A DNA stretch of 63,838 bases, filler included, from Atractiella rhizophila (Eukaryota): the NCBI GenBank assembly GCA_021432655.1. It is 12 parts of 12 records of this genome, joined end to end, with 100 filler letters (N's around TTAATTAATTAA, not from the genome) between each part and the next. Parts side by side here need not be neighbours in the genome. Positions count along the whole stretch, not along the records: positions 22,805 to 28,359 come from MU272363.1; positions 28,460 to 33,970 come from MU272364.1; positions 34,071 to 39,577 come from MU272365.1; 9 more parts are not named here. One strand, 5' to 3'. The notes under the pieces were generated by a model. It searched no databases. It saw only the letters and a program-made list of their open reading frames with translations, and was not told the origin of the DNA. A program made the position numbers and the translations under genes. Shown one piece after another: positions 23,768 to 36,270 of the stretch (positions are counted from its first letter, which is position 1; every line of letters begins with the position of its first letter).

Positions 23768-24631
23768 ATGGCACCGCACACTCCCAAAACATGGATCAGG
23801 ATATGGTTCTTCGTCTCCTCCCTCCTTGTCATCTGGTTCGTTTCCAATCACAGTTTCAGATTTCATTCCCTATGAAATGCGGTATTGTGTCGTTAAGGCA
23901 CGCTGTGGGAACAGGGACTTCTGTTATTGCTTTCTTCGGCCACATTCGATGGAAGGAGGGGCACTCAACTTCCTCTGGCGGCCGTACATCCTATACGCAG
24001 AAGTAGACTACGTCTACGGTTGGAAAGCCTACGAAGAGTACGCAATCCCTACTCCGTTTCTCTCCTTGCGCCGTGGGCACAATAGTGATCCTAATAGAAC
24101 GGTGTAGGAAGGACGGCTTCACAAACGCTCAGTCCTCATTGAATGTCATTGAGACCATCCTTAACTTCGCTTACCTCTACCTATCTTCTTCTCCACTCCC
24201 AGAAACCCGAGCCAAAGCCCTATTAATCGGATTCACAAGCGTGGTGATGACCGAGTCTAAGACCATCCTGTATTGGCTTCAAGAGTGTGCGTCTCCATCC
24301 ATATGTTTCCATGCCTTCTACGTTCAGTCTTACTGCGCTCCTCAAATATTCCCATACAGTTGCTGATGTGAGATTCTAGACTTCTGCAACTACTGTTGCG
24401 TCGGCCAAAACACCCTCTTCCGCCTCATAGTCCTCTGGATAATCCCCAACGGTTCATCTCCTTCCCTTCCTCGCACCGCCTGCAGTGCTGACTTTTTCTC
24501 TCAATCGCATAGGTCTCTGGCTCATCTTTCCCGCCATCATCGCATACCAATTCGGCAACGAGATCCTAGAGAGTCTCAGTGCGACTGGTGCTGTGACGAC
24601 GTCATCAAAGAAGAAGGAAAAGAAAGAGTAG
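23768..24631 (+). CDS. EXPERA/EBP-like small membrane protein
   Basis: Spliced motifs YAEVDYVYG, DGFTNAQSSLNVIE, MTESKTILYWLQE and LWIIPNGLWLIFP, with a Lys-rich C-terminus (KKKEKKE*). Confidence 0.7.
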
Positions 24632-25124
24632 TCGTTGTTTTTTATTGGTTGAGGGCAGGATAATCGGCTTGATAGGGAAGGCTGAGCTACATGCTTTCAA
24701 CGTTGATAGATGATGTAATGCACGTTTGTATTTTGAAGGTATCTATGTTTTGGATATGCACACAACCAGAGACAAGCAACGAGGAACACTGCGCAACAGC
24801 ATCACCACTTCCACCGTTTTACATAGTCAACTCCCAAGACGTCGGGAAGGATCTGCACAAGAAGCTATAAACAAGAAACACGAAGTTCCACCGATTCGGT
24901 TGCTGTCAACGCAACTAAGGGTCACACCAGCGTGGTTGGAGGTACCATGTGCCTCCAGATACTGAATCGAATGAGACCGTTCGAAGTTGATCAACAAACG
25001 ACGACCTGTTGCACGCTCACACCCCTTCCATGTCCCCTTCCCATCCCTACCGAAACGCTCGTCGTCCGTGCATGATTCTCCTTCTCTGCCCTCCATTCGT
25101 TCTCCTTCTTCCTCTCCGAGCTCA

Positions 25125-26685
25125 TCATGGTTTGCTCTGTTCTTCCTTGGAGTGTTCCCTCGACATTGGCAAGGGGGACAAAGATTTCGACTGGTGTGTC
25201 CTCTTCCGTGCACGATCTTGTGCGAATGTCTGTTTGCACGACCAAAGTCCCAGTTAGCTCAGTGCGAAGTAGGAAGAAGGGGTGAGAAGAGAGAGACGTA
25301 CGTAGACTGCGCTGCCAGCTAAGATGAAGCCAATTCCCATGCCCCTTCCACTCGTGACTACTTCTCCAAACAGGATGGCGCCTAAGAAGGTCTGGAGGAC
25401 ACCACGGACGGCGGATGAGATCATGTGTGTGGTTGGGGAGGTGACTTGAATGGAAAGGAAGCCGGCGAGGCAGATGAGGAATCCAAAGATTCCGGTTATG
25501 AGTGAACCCGTGACGAAAGTGTGGAGTGTGGATGACGAGATTTCGAAGTCGTATTCTGAAGAGGAGGGGGAGAGACCGAGGATGGAGAGTACGATGGGTC
25601 CCTCACCCGCTAACAGCATGGTTGGGAGGAGGAGGACAGCGGATAATAGGTTGTTGTAATATGCCATCTCACTTGCTGAATTCCCCACCTTCCCCAAACT
25701 CGTCTTCACCACGATGGCATGAATGCTCGTTGTGAAACTGCTAAAGACTCCAAATGCCAATCCGACGCCTGAAGTCGACAGGACTTCGGATGAGACTCCG
25801 AGCCCGAATCCAAGACAGACGATGACGACGCCGATGAGGGAGAGAGCGGTTGGTGTGGTGCGAAGGATGAGGGAGGACAGAAGGGATGTGAGGGGGAGGA
25901 TGAGGCCGCGGGCTATTTGGTAGAATGAGGCATCGACGTATTCTATCGACAGATGGTAGTAAGCTGTTCTGCCTCCACAACAAAAAGATGGAAGAAGAAG
26001 AGACGCACGGAGACAATAGGTATTGAATATCAACCCGACCACATTCACACTCACCAAAGGTGCCAGAGCTCTCGCCACGGCGACATCAAAGGTCGGAATG
26101 GAAAAGAATCCCAGAAAAGCGGCGATGTGGAAGAGCGAGACGGCGATGATGAATTGGACGAATAGGAAGAAGAGGGGGGCAGGGATGGAAGTAAGGACCC
26201 ATTTGTTGGCGAACACCATCTGCACAATCCAATTACTTCGTGCCGGTCATGAATAACAGAATGAGGAAACGCACGATTAATGCTGCAACGAGGTAAAAGA
26301 TGACCGTCCCTGCAACCACGAGCCTGGAGTGCTCCTCTTTCCCTGCTCTCTGGCAAGCATTGCTTGCTCTCTCTTTCTCATCGATAATGCTCACCCTTCC
26401 CCTTGGGCTTGAAATGGGTGAAACCACAGGAGATCTACTCTCCAATGGTGCGCTTCCAAAGTCCCTATAGCTAGCAAACTCGCTGCTTGGGGCATGTGGC
26501 ATCAACTCGAGACGAGTCGCAGAACGAGAGGGATGGTGGTGCGTCGACATTGGGCCAAGGTTTAAGGGGCGTAGGGGAGGTAACGGCCTTCCCGACGTGG
26601 GCGAAAAGAGGCGAGCCTCTGCTGAGGACGCGTTGGAGGGACCGAGGGCGGTGTTGAGTGTTATCGAGGGGAGGTTCCTGGACAT
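25125..26685 (-). CDS. Nucleotide-sugar transporter (GDP-fucose transporter/SLC35C-like, TPT family)
   Basis: Motifs MVFANKWVL, YVDASFYQIARGLILP, MAYYNNLLS and QVTSPTTHMISSAVRGVLQT; about 10 TM segments. Confidence 0.85.
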
Positions 26686-27106
26686 GGTATCTTGGATTTT
26701 GTCGGTTTTTCGATATTCCTGTGAGTTGGCTGCTGGGGAAGATGAAGTGTAACGAGTGTTGGAAAAGAGTGTGAGGGTATATTTACAAGCTATATTGAGA
26801 AATGATGGTCGTGTAATGAAATCGCTTTCAGCGGCAGCGGATCCGCAGGTGAAACTGGGTGAAACAACACGACGACCATAATATTACCTTCTTTTGCCAG
26901 CCACCCCCAATATCCTACTTAGTCTCTCGTTCTACCAATCTCAGTCAATCTTACAGTCAATCCCACCAGAATTCCACTCAGCAGAAGCGAGAAGAGGAAC
27001 AAAGCAACAAGTCATTCGCTGGCTCGAGCCCGCTTCATCCACCCCCAACTCTTCTCAGTGGGATCAGCAGCGGGAATATTAGGAGGATCACAAGAAAGCA
27101 ATAAAA

Positions 27107-28359
27107 ATGTGCTGCTCAGACGCAAAATGGCAGCGTGAAGAAGTGCCCGACCACAAGGTTCGTCCTGTCCCTCTAATTATCAGGGCGGCTCGGAGGTGAT
27201 GATGCGTGCAACTTAGTTCGACTTCATCGACGTCCGGGACTTTCGTTCGAAAGCATTCGGGACACGCTTACAGTGCGTTCACCTCCCCACCTCATAACGC
27301 TCAACGCACACTGCGTAGTCTGAGGGAGAAGACGAATGGCTCATTTTGTATAATAGGTATCTTTGGGTCTACATCCTCGTCATCAAATCATTCGTCGTAT
27401 ACGCCTCCGACGCCTACACCGCCATCCTCCTCCTCGCCTCCAACACCTGGAGCGGTTCCATCATTGCCAAAGGTGGGGACTCGTCCATCGTCCAAGTGCC
27501 TTTCAAAATCGGAAAATGGATCTTCTTCGGTTGCATCATCCTCTCTTTCTTGCTGCTCTTGTGGGAAGGACGCAAGGCTCGAGCGATCATCAAGAGCAGA
27601 GACATCAGTTATGCGTTCACAAATGTGATGGCCAACAACTATTATAGTTTGAAGAGCTACGATTATTTCTGCTTCTTCTGTCAGATCAACAATTCTACTA
27701 AAAAGAAGGACGACTTTGCTTTCTTCGTCTTCTTCACTTTCAAAGGTGCGTATATCTTCCCTTCTGCGCCCCCATGCTCATACCTCTCGATGGAACAGGA
27801 TGGAAACGTCTAGTTTTCGCCGACGCACCTCGTCAAGTAATCAACGGTCTCACACTCTATTCCTTCGCGGTAGCGAACAATTTCACGACAGATGTGGAGA
27901 AGTATATCGAAGACCAGGACGGAAAGACTTCGTTTTTGAAAGCGACGGTATTGATCACCATGCTTTTCACCGTCGTCGTCTTCATCGGTTCCGCCCTCCT
28001 CCTCCTCCTCGCTGCGATTTTTTACGTTCCCCTCCTCTGCTACATTCGCGGTAACCTGAAGGAATATTGTTGCCACAAGGTCGACAAAAGGTTCGTGATT
28101 CCTCTGTCGAGCAAGCATGAAACTGATGTAAAATGTCAATGGTGGATAGAATCGCTGAACTGATGAAGCGCAAGGCTCGCAAACGATTGGCTAAAGAAGC
28201 AGCCCTGGCCAAGAAAGAAGCCGCCGGTGACTTCTCCCACCTTAAAGACAAAAACGGCAACCTCCGAGCGGCTCCACTCCCCCAACCCACCCTGCCAAAC
28301 ATCGGGTTGGACGACGAGGATTTGGTGTACGACGACTCGAAGAGCGAATTCGGGGGATC
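27107..28359 (+). CDS. Kch1/Prm6-type low-affinity K+ transporter (vacuolar membrane protein family), 3' truncated
   Basis: Motifs MCCSDAKWQREEVPDHKFDFID, VYASDAYTA, FVFFTFKGWKRLVFADAPRQVINGLTL and LKEYCCHKVDKR. Confidence 0.85.
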
Positions 28360-28459
28360 NNNNNNNNNNNNNNNNNNNNNNNNNNNNNNNNNNNNNNNNN
28401 NNNTTAATTAATTAANNNNNNNNNNNNNNNNNNNNNNNNNNNNNNNNNNNNNNNNNNNN

Positions 28460-29062
28460 CGCCACGTTGGCCATGGGTACCTTCGAGATCTGGCGTTTCT
28501 TGAGCGCCACAGGATCCATCGATAGCCGAGGACGAATGGAACAGGTCTGTTACCCTCCTTTCCTTTCAGTCGACGATGCTGACGTCGGAAACTTTGATAG
28601 GTATATTCTACCAACATCTTCTATCGTCGTCTGTTCCTCTCCGCGCTCCCTGCATTCGCCTATTTTCTACCAATCCAGCCCCCACTCCCTCCCGGTCCAA
28701 ACACCCTCCTCTCGCGTCTCCTTTCCAATCTCTCGTACCAACACGCCGCTCTGACCACCGAACTCAAATCATACGATCTCCAAAGATCCGTGCTTTATGC
28801 CATGCCCGAATACGGACAGAGGGTCGCTAACGGATGGAGGGAGGAAGAGCGGGAGAGGGAGGAGGCGAAGAGCGATGAGGAGGTGTTGGAAGGGTTGAAG
28901 AGGTTGGAGCTGCATGACAAGAGGAGAGAGAATGGAGGAGAGGCCGCTGGTGAGGAAGGAAAGGAGAGAACGTCGGTTAGAAAACACGTAGAGACGTTGT
29001 GGGACGATGCTCTGGCACGGCTGAGACGTCCAGATCCTCCCGCTGAACCGTCATCAAACTGA
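28460..29062 (+). CDS. 3' end of an unidentified spliced gene
   Basis: Coding-like exons ending ...VETLWDDALARLRRPDPPAEPSSN*. No recognisable motif. Confidence 0.4.
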
Positions 29063-29449
29063 TGGCGTCCTAAACAGTCCCTTATATAATCCTTACAGAC
29101 TGCAGAGCAGGAGGCGAAGAATTATTGGTACATATCTTTTATTCTTTCAGTCACAAGCAAGCACAAACTACTTCTACATTCTTCTTCACTCTTTCTTCTT
29201 CACTTCCACCTGAGGCACTGAGGGACAACAACAACCTCCGACGAATTCAAAACCGATTCAACAGCCAAACCAAGTGAGGAACTCAAAAGCACGACGTAGA
29301 TAAAACAATACTCGAAGAACAAAACTCTCAGTCAACAATTTCCAAGTGACGAAACATTGAGGTTCATGTTATCTTCCCAGCCTCGATCTTCTGTCATCAG
29401 CGTGAGTTGAGAAACCTGTCCACCAGCTGTGAATGGAAGAATGCACACC

Positions 29450-31033
29450 TTATTTGGCCGCCTTCCGACCTGCTACCCAAATCCTCACGTAATCGGCGAG
29501 GGAGACCATGCACACAGTCCTCCAAACTCCAAGGGCCATTCTCGGGGTCACACCTCTGAAGAGACCCTTAATCCCATTCTCTCCATAGACGTAAGCTCTT
29601 TAGCCCCAAAGCGTCAATTAGAATGGGAATGGGAAAGGTGTGGGACGTACAGAGTATTGAACATGTTCAACTTGGCTGGTCTCTTTTCGCTCCTGCTCTT
29701 GCTCAAAGACTGCATCTCGATCCTCACCACCTCAATCGGGTGATTCCAGCATCCCAGCACACCTCCGATGCTCGAACTCAAGACCTTATCACCAGCAGAG
29801 AGGGCGTCGGTCGCCTTCTTCCGCTTGAAACGGCGGATCATGTCCTCCGCGAGACGAGCGAAACCCATCCTGCAGCCCAGCCAAAACATCAACTTCAGCG
29901 ACAGGTAGAGGAGAGGAGAGGAGAGGGGGAGGCGAACCGAGACCCCCAATTTGTCGCCTGACGAACTGCGACTGCGTTTACGCCGCGGTTCACACCTTTG
30001 ATACCATCTCGTCTGTATACATCGAGGAAGGTGGCCCATGCGGATGGTGTCTTTGCCGCGCTGGCAGCGCCTTGTGCGATCGCTTTCTCGCGCGTGATGG
30101 CGATGGTTTTGAAATTCGTACCTACATCGTACAACCCATCCATGAGTAAGATCTCTTGGTCTCGGAGAGGAAAGGGAAGGGGACGAACAGAACCCCATGC
30201 TCAGATATGCTTGAGCGACACCACCGCTTATGCCGCCTAACATACCTGCAGTGCCTGTGCAACGTACATTGTTCATGAGCAGGCAGATGAGAGCGAAAAG
30301 AGGGAACGGACCAGGTGATGCGCCGAAGGAGCTTTGTGATATGTGCTCTACTTCTGCAGCTGTGAAAAGAAGGGCAGCTCCGCTTGTCGCTGATTCGATC
30401 CATGCCTGTATCACATCACATCCATCAGCACCACTTCCTTTCCCTCCTGCAAAACAACGTGAAGACGTACCCATGGAATGAGACCCTGTCGCCCGCGTCG
30501 TCCGCCTTCATCAGTGTTCATTGACAGGGGTTGGGAAGAGGGACGAACCTGGTAGAGCCCAAACACGCCTCCCCGACTCCAGACTGTTGCTGCTGCTTGT
30601 GAGAGCGATTGTGTCCTAGTCACGCAGTCAGTTAGGTCCGTCAAACGGAGGAGTAAGGAGGCCCACCGGTTGGCTGCCATTTGCGTCTTCATCACTTCGA
30701 ATGGCTGCCCTAATGTCGACACTTCGAAGAGTGATACTGCTGCTCCCTACACAATCATGCATCACCACGTCTATTCCAATAATACGGCCAGATAACACAA
30801 ATAGGGGAATAACATGTCAACATCGATGAGCATTCCTCCTTTCGCAAACAAACACCATTTCCCAATGATCCAGGGGCACGAAGACTCACGACTGCAATAT
30901 TACTAAAGGTCACTTTCTTCTTCACAGGCTCGACGAGCGCCTTCTCTACCTTCTTCACCTCCTGTTTGACCGGCTCAATCACTGCCGCTCCGACGTCTTC
31001 ATGGGGTCTATTGACGTTAGCGAGAGCGACCAT
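29450..31033 (-). CDS. YHM2: Mitochondrial citrate/oxoglutarate carrier
   Basis: Motifs [54 protein letters not shown] and [15 protein letters not shown]. Confidence 0.9.
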
Positions 31034-31474
31034 GTTCTCTTCACTCCAGAAAGCCGAATCCCAAATCGTGCACTTGGACCCAAAGATGTTGCGAGCCACC
31101 TTGATGAGTACTCTGACACGTCCCCAACAGGACAAGACGGTAATGAAGAATGTATTGAAGGGAGTGCTCCAATCTTGATGGAGATCGACGAAGATGAAGT
31201 CGTCTGATAGAATGGTCCTTCTTAAGCGCCGGAAATGTCAGGGAAGTGGGGAAGCATGAATAATGAAAGAGGGGACTTTCTCCTCCTTGTTGCCGTGCGC
31301 TTTCACCTTGAACGGCCCATTGAGATGATCAATTGACAATCGCGGGGCGTCCTTCCTATTGTTGAACCAGCGTTCGTACCCAAAACAGACCCTGAAGATC
31401 GCAGCAGGAGTAGCATTAGCTCATGCACTAGCTGACTGTCCCAGCACAGAGGCTAGGCTAGCAAGTCCAATGGA

Positions 31475-33970
31475 ATGGCTGAGCAAACAATTCCTCAGGC
31501 TGGGGAGATGGAACAGAAGTTATTACGTACATCGATCTCTGATACACAATCACCGGGTAGTGTCACCGCATTGCCCAAACAGCTCCAACTGGCAGAAAGG
31601 AGCAGTGCTGGAGAACGACTTCGATGCCATCGCGACCTTCAATACACCTCTCAAGACGAGAATCGACCTCCTACAACGCACCAGACCCCGAAGTTTCGCA
31701 CACGCAGCGGTATGGCGACTTCACCACCATCGACTGGATCCAGGACACGCTCGCGGAACGTGAGAGGCGGATGAGAGAGAAGATGCGGATGGAAGAGCTC
31801 CAGTACGATGCGGAGGAAGGCGGATTGTGGCACAAGCTCAAAGAAGTCAGTTGGAGAGCTGTTCTCGCTGGACAGAGCTGGTTCGTCTTTGGGCTCGTCG
31901 GTGAGTGAGAACAGCCACGTTGTTCTCTTGAGGATTGGTTTGGAGATTACTTCGCTACTACGGAGAGCCTGTCTCTTTGCCATTGTGCATCAAAGAATCT
32001 TGTGTAATAATCTTGAGCTCGCTGGGTGCCTTCCAAATCCACAAGTGTTATAACAGACGGAGATAGGTGTCAGCATAGCTAATTGTCCCTTCGATGCAGG
32101 TGCTTCGATAGGGCTACTATTCTCCATCCTTTCAATCACGACAACATGGCTGTCAGACCTCAAGAACGGTTACTGTAAGACAGGTCAGTACACTGCGCGC
32201 CACTCTCTAGGAACACCATTGAATAACTCTGGGTAATAGGCTGGTGGCTGAACCGCAAGTTTTGCTGCTGGGAAATCGAAGCGACCGGTATTGTCGGCGG
32301 TGGAGGCGCAGAAGCCGGATGTCAAGACTGGAATTCCTGGGACTGGCCCATCGGGTTCGGATTATTGTGCTACCTCTGTTTTGCCGTAAGTCTCTTGCAA
32401 ATCCCCTAATTCACTCCATACTAAAGAGCAACGAAGGTCCTTTTTGCGTTCACCGCCGCATTTCTCGTTCGCTCCTTCTCGCCATATTCTGCAGGTAGTG
32501 GAATATCGGAAATCAAGTGTATATTGGCTGGATTCGTCATTCAGGGCTATTTGGGAATATGGGTACTCGTAATCAAGAGTCTTACTTTGGTTCGTCCAAA
32601 CCATCTCTCCTTCCTGCTGCCTATTGAGAGGGAAGATAGCCATTTACTATTGCTAGCGGCCTGTCTGTGGGCAAGGAAGGACCGAGCGTACATGTCGCAG
32701 CCACCATCGGCAATGTAGTCGCAAAAAGATTCAAACGCTTTAGCAGGAGCCAAGGTTAATCTTTCGTCGAACGCCGATCTGTTGCTAATTCGCTTGAACT
32801 TGAAACAGCGAAGATGCGGGAAGTGATAACTGCTGCCTCTGCCGCTGGAGTAGCTGTTGCCTTTGGTTCACCGATCGGAGGAGTGTTGTTTGCTCTGGAG
32901 GTGCGTACGCTTCCTCGTAGCCATCGAGGATTCTGATCCATGCCGCTTGGAACTGTGGAATAGGAAATGACTGTCCATTTTCCCATTAAGACGATGTGGA
33001 GGAGTTTCTTTTGTGCCCTTGTAGCCACATTCACTCTCTCAGTAAGTTCGCCCCTCCCCTCCTGAGACGAACTCATCCGTGGATTCGGTTGGTTGTAGGC
33101 GTTGAATCCTTTTCGTACCGGAAAGCTCGTACTCTTCGAAGTGACCTACGACCGCTCGTGGCATTTTTTCGAGATCGGCTTCTTCATCCTCATTGGCGTT
33201 TTCGGCGTGAGCGCTTTCCCATCCCTTAGAAGAGTAAACAGAACGCCGATGACAGGGTTTGTATGGCGCGTTCGTCATCAAATATAACATGCAAGTCGTT
33301 GCCTTCCGCAAAAAGCATCTGGCGAATCACGCCCTCCTCGAAGTCGTCATCCTGGCCGGTATCACCGCTCTCATCAGTTATTCCAACAAATTTTTGCGGA
33401 TCGATATGACGGAAAGCTTGGAGATTTTGTTTCGAGAATGCGAAGGAGGAGGTGACTACGATGGTTTGTGCCAGTACGTCGACTTCCGCTCCCTCCTACA
33501 CCTCTTCCTCTAAGGAGGATCTAGAACGTGGGCTCAATGGCGTATGGTCAACTCTCTTCTTTTGGCTACGGTCCTTCGAACTATTCTCGTCATCGTCAGT
33601 TATGGTTGTAAGGTACCTTGCGGAATATTCATTCCCAGTATGGCTATTGGGGCATCGTTCGGACGGATGGTGGGAATCCTCGTCAAAGCTCTCTATCGGT
33701 AAGAATGGCGCTTGGCGGGATTGATTTTTGATGGTGCTACAGTGCAAATCCGCAATGGGCAATGTTCTCCGCTTGTGATCCTGACGCTCCTTGCATCACG
33801 CCAGGAACATACGCTTTCCTCGGAGCGGCAGCTGCTCTTGGGTCAGTTAAACCAATACTTCCCGTCGTGTTCCATTGAATCAGGTCGTATAGTGGAGTAA
33901 TGAGGATCACGGTGTCGGTTGTCGTCATCATGTTCGAGCTGACAGGGGCTTTGACCTACATTCTTCCCAC
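31475..33970 (+). CDS. CLC chloride channel/Cl-H+ exchanger (Gef1/ClC-3-like), 3' truncated
   Basis: Motifs [41 protein letters not shown] and [10 protein letters not shown]. Confidence 0.92.
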
Positions 33971-34485
33971 NNNNNNNNNNNNNNNNNNNNNNNNNNNNNN
34001 NNNNNNNNNNNNNNTTAATTAATTAANNNNNNNNNNNNNNNNNNNNNNNNNNNNNNNNNNNNNNNNNNNNAGAGATGGGCTGATTAGATGTGTGGTGTTC
34101 TGCTCCGCCTCTCTTTTCTCCCTTCTCTTGATAGTGAGATAACCTGCATGGGGCGACGTGCAACAATTTAACCGAATGTAACAATGAGAGCATGAATTAT
34201 TGTATCAGCACAAACGTGAGCATCCAGCCGTCACACATATCACAGATTTTCGACCTTGTGCAAATTGCACAATTACATCTGTAGAGTCCAATTCATTTGC
34301 GCTAGTGGCACACCAGCACAGTGTTTTTGCTTTGTAGATACGTACCATCGTGGATACCCTCGCATACAAGTTTCCGTGCTTGAACAGTAGCATCAGCATC
34401 GTCCAGCGGAGTAGTCAGCGAGAGTGGAGGTTCAAACGACGAAGCTGAAGAGCTGGACCACTCCTTGTTTTGATTATGAATGATG

Positions 34486-34547
34486 TGGAGCTGGCGCACC
34501 TCCCGCAATGGAGCTGGCGCGCGTCCCGCAGTATATAGTGGTATAAA
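34486..34547 (+). promoter_or_regulatory. 23-bp tandem GC-rich repeat followed by the TATA box of the SDR gene
   Basis: tggagctggcgcacctcccgcaa / tggagctggcgcgcgtcccgcag (34486-34531), then TATAAA at 34542. Confidence 0.45.
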
Positions 34548-34618
34548 TTAGACTGGATTGCTCTCCTGGGAATAATCAGAAGAGCACCAGATAGCGTTTG
34601 GGGTCATCAAACAACAAC

Positions 34619-35582
34619 ATGGCCACTCTAGCAGGAGAAACAGTCGTGATAATTGGAGGTACGCAGTCGTGTGATGAGAATTCTTACTGGCGAAAATCTG
34701 AAGTAATCTCAGCATCTGCTGGAATCGGTTACAGCTTAGCCATCATTTCGATTCTGAACCAAGCTTCGAAGGTGATAATCGCCTCCTCTAACGCTCAACG
34801 TCTCGATGCTGCTGCAAAACAACTCGCAAAAGACTTGAGGGACCGAAACGTGGATCCAGGCAACCGCATCGTAACCAAGGTCCTAGATATTACCCAGCAG
34901 CAAAATGTGAATCGCTTCTTTGAGGAAATTGGACAGATCGATCATCTAGTGATCACGGCTCAGCGTGAATCACTTGATCTGCTCAAGCCCTTGAAGGAAA
35001 TGGATTTGTCAAAAATCAAGAGCAAGGGTACGGCCTTTTTCACCGTAGGAAGATGGTGCTTCATTTTAGAGACTAGATCCTTTCCACTTGGGGTTCTTCT
35101 CCGTTGGATATGCGATTCAGGCAGCAAAAATCAAACCACAAGGCTCTATCACCCTCTCAGCTGGTCCGTAACCTGTCTCCTCTCCCTATACGGCTCTCGC
35201 TGAACTGCTGCCAGGCTCCGTTTTGGTGAAGCCTGGTCCTAATTGGACTATCCTGGGCGCGATGGCGGGATGCATAGATGGATGGACGAGAGGCAAGAGA
35301 GGATTCCGCTCGGTTTGAAGCTGACTGTGCTGTACAGCGCTCGCGGTCGAGCTAGCACCGATTCGGGTCAACGTCATATCTCCTGGCATGGTCAAAACCC
35401 AGTGGTGGGACGGTATACCGGAGGTGGATAGAAACGAAATGTTCAAGAAGATGTCTGAGAAGTTATTGGTCAGACACGTTGCTGAGCCGATGGAAGTCGC
35501 GGAGGCGTACTTGTTTGTTTTGAAATGCAAGTATGTGACCGGGACGAGAATTGAGGTCGATGGTGGCTACAGGCTCGTGTAG
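34619..35582 (+). CDS. Short-chain dehydrogenase/reductase
   Basis: Motifs VVIIGASAGIG (spliced), IDHLVITA, LAVELAPIRVNVISPGMVKT and YVTGTRIEVDGG. Confidence 0.88.
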
Positions 35583-36270
35583 TTGCCTTTGGAATTGGAA
35601 TGAAGGTGCTCTTGTGCAGAATCTCAGGCTAACTGCCAAACTTGAGCGCAGCAAGAGAAACTCGACTGAAAAGTCATGGTGTATGAGATAGTTTGACTCA
35701 AAATGAAAGGACTACTTTTACAACCGTGAAATTTGTTATAATCACATTTGTGTACTGATGAACGCAACGCTCGACAGAAGGAGTTCGTTCATGCACAAAA
35801 TACTGGAGCAAACACATTTTCTGACTGTGTTGCGATCCAGGTCAAGCCTGACAAAGGTCAAGACAACTTCCACCGCTGGCTTCAACTTGAATAATACTTT
35901 GTCATAGGTTATACCAAACCATGCGAAAGTCGAAGGTCAAATATTGTTGTCTACTGAATCGACGACATAAATCGCTGGAGACGGACGGGCAACGCAGACG
36001 CTGCAAGTTACAGATCCGAGAGGCACTCCTTGGCTGTAGAATGTTGAGTTGACACTCCTCAGCTCTTTTTACAACAAGCGATAACCAGATAACCAGGTGT
36101 ATTGTGTATTCCATTCCATTCCGGTTATGATTTGTAAACGCCGATCCGGCATTTCACGCCTTCACGCCTCCCGAGTCTCATATAATTTCTACTTTCCAGC
36201 AACTTCCCATTCAGCTCAGCATCAACATAAGTATAGCCCGCATACAAGCATAGTAGATATACCAGCAGCG

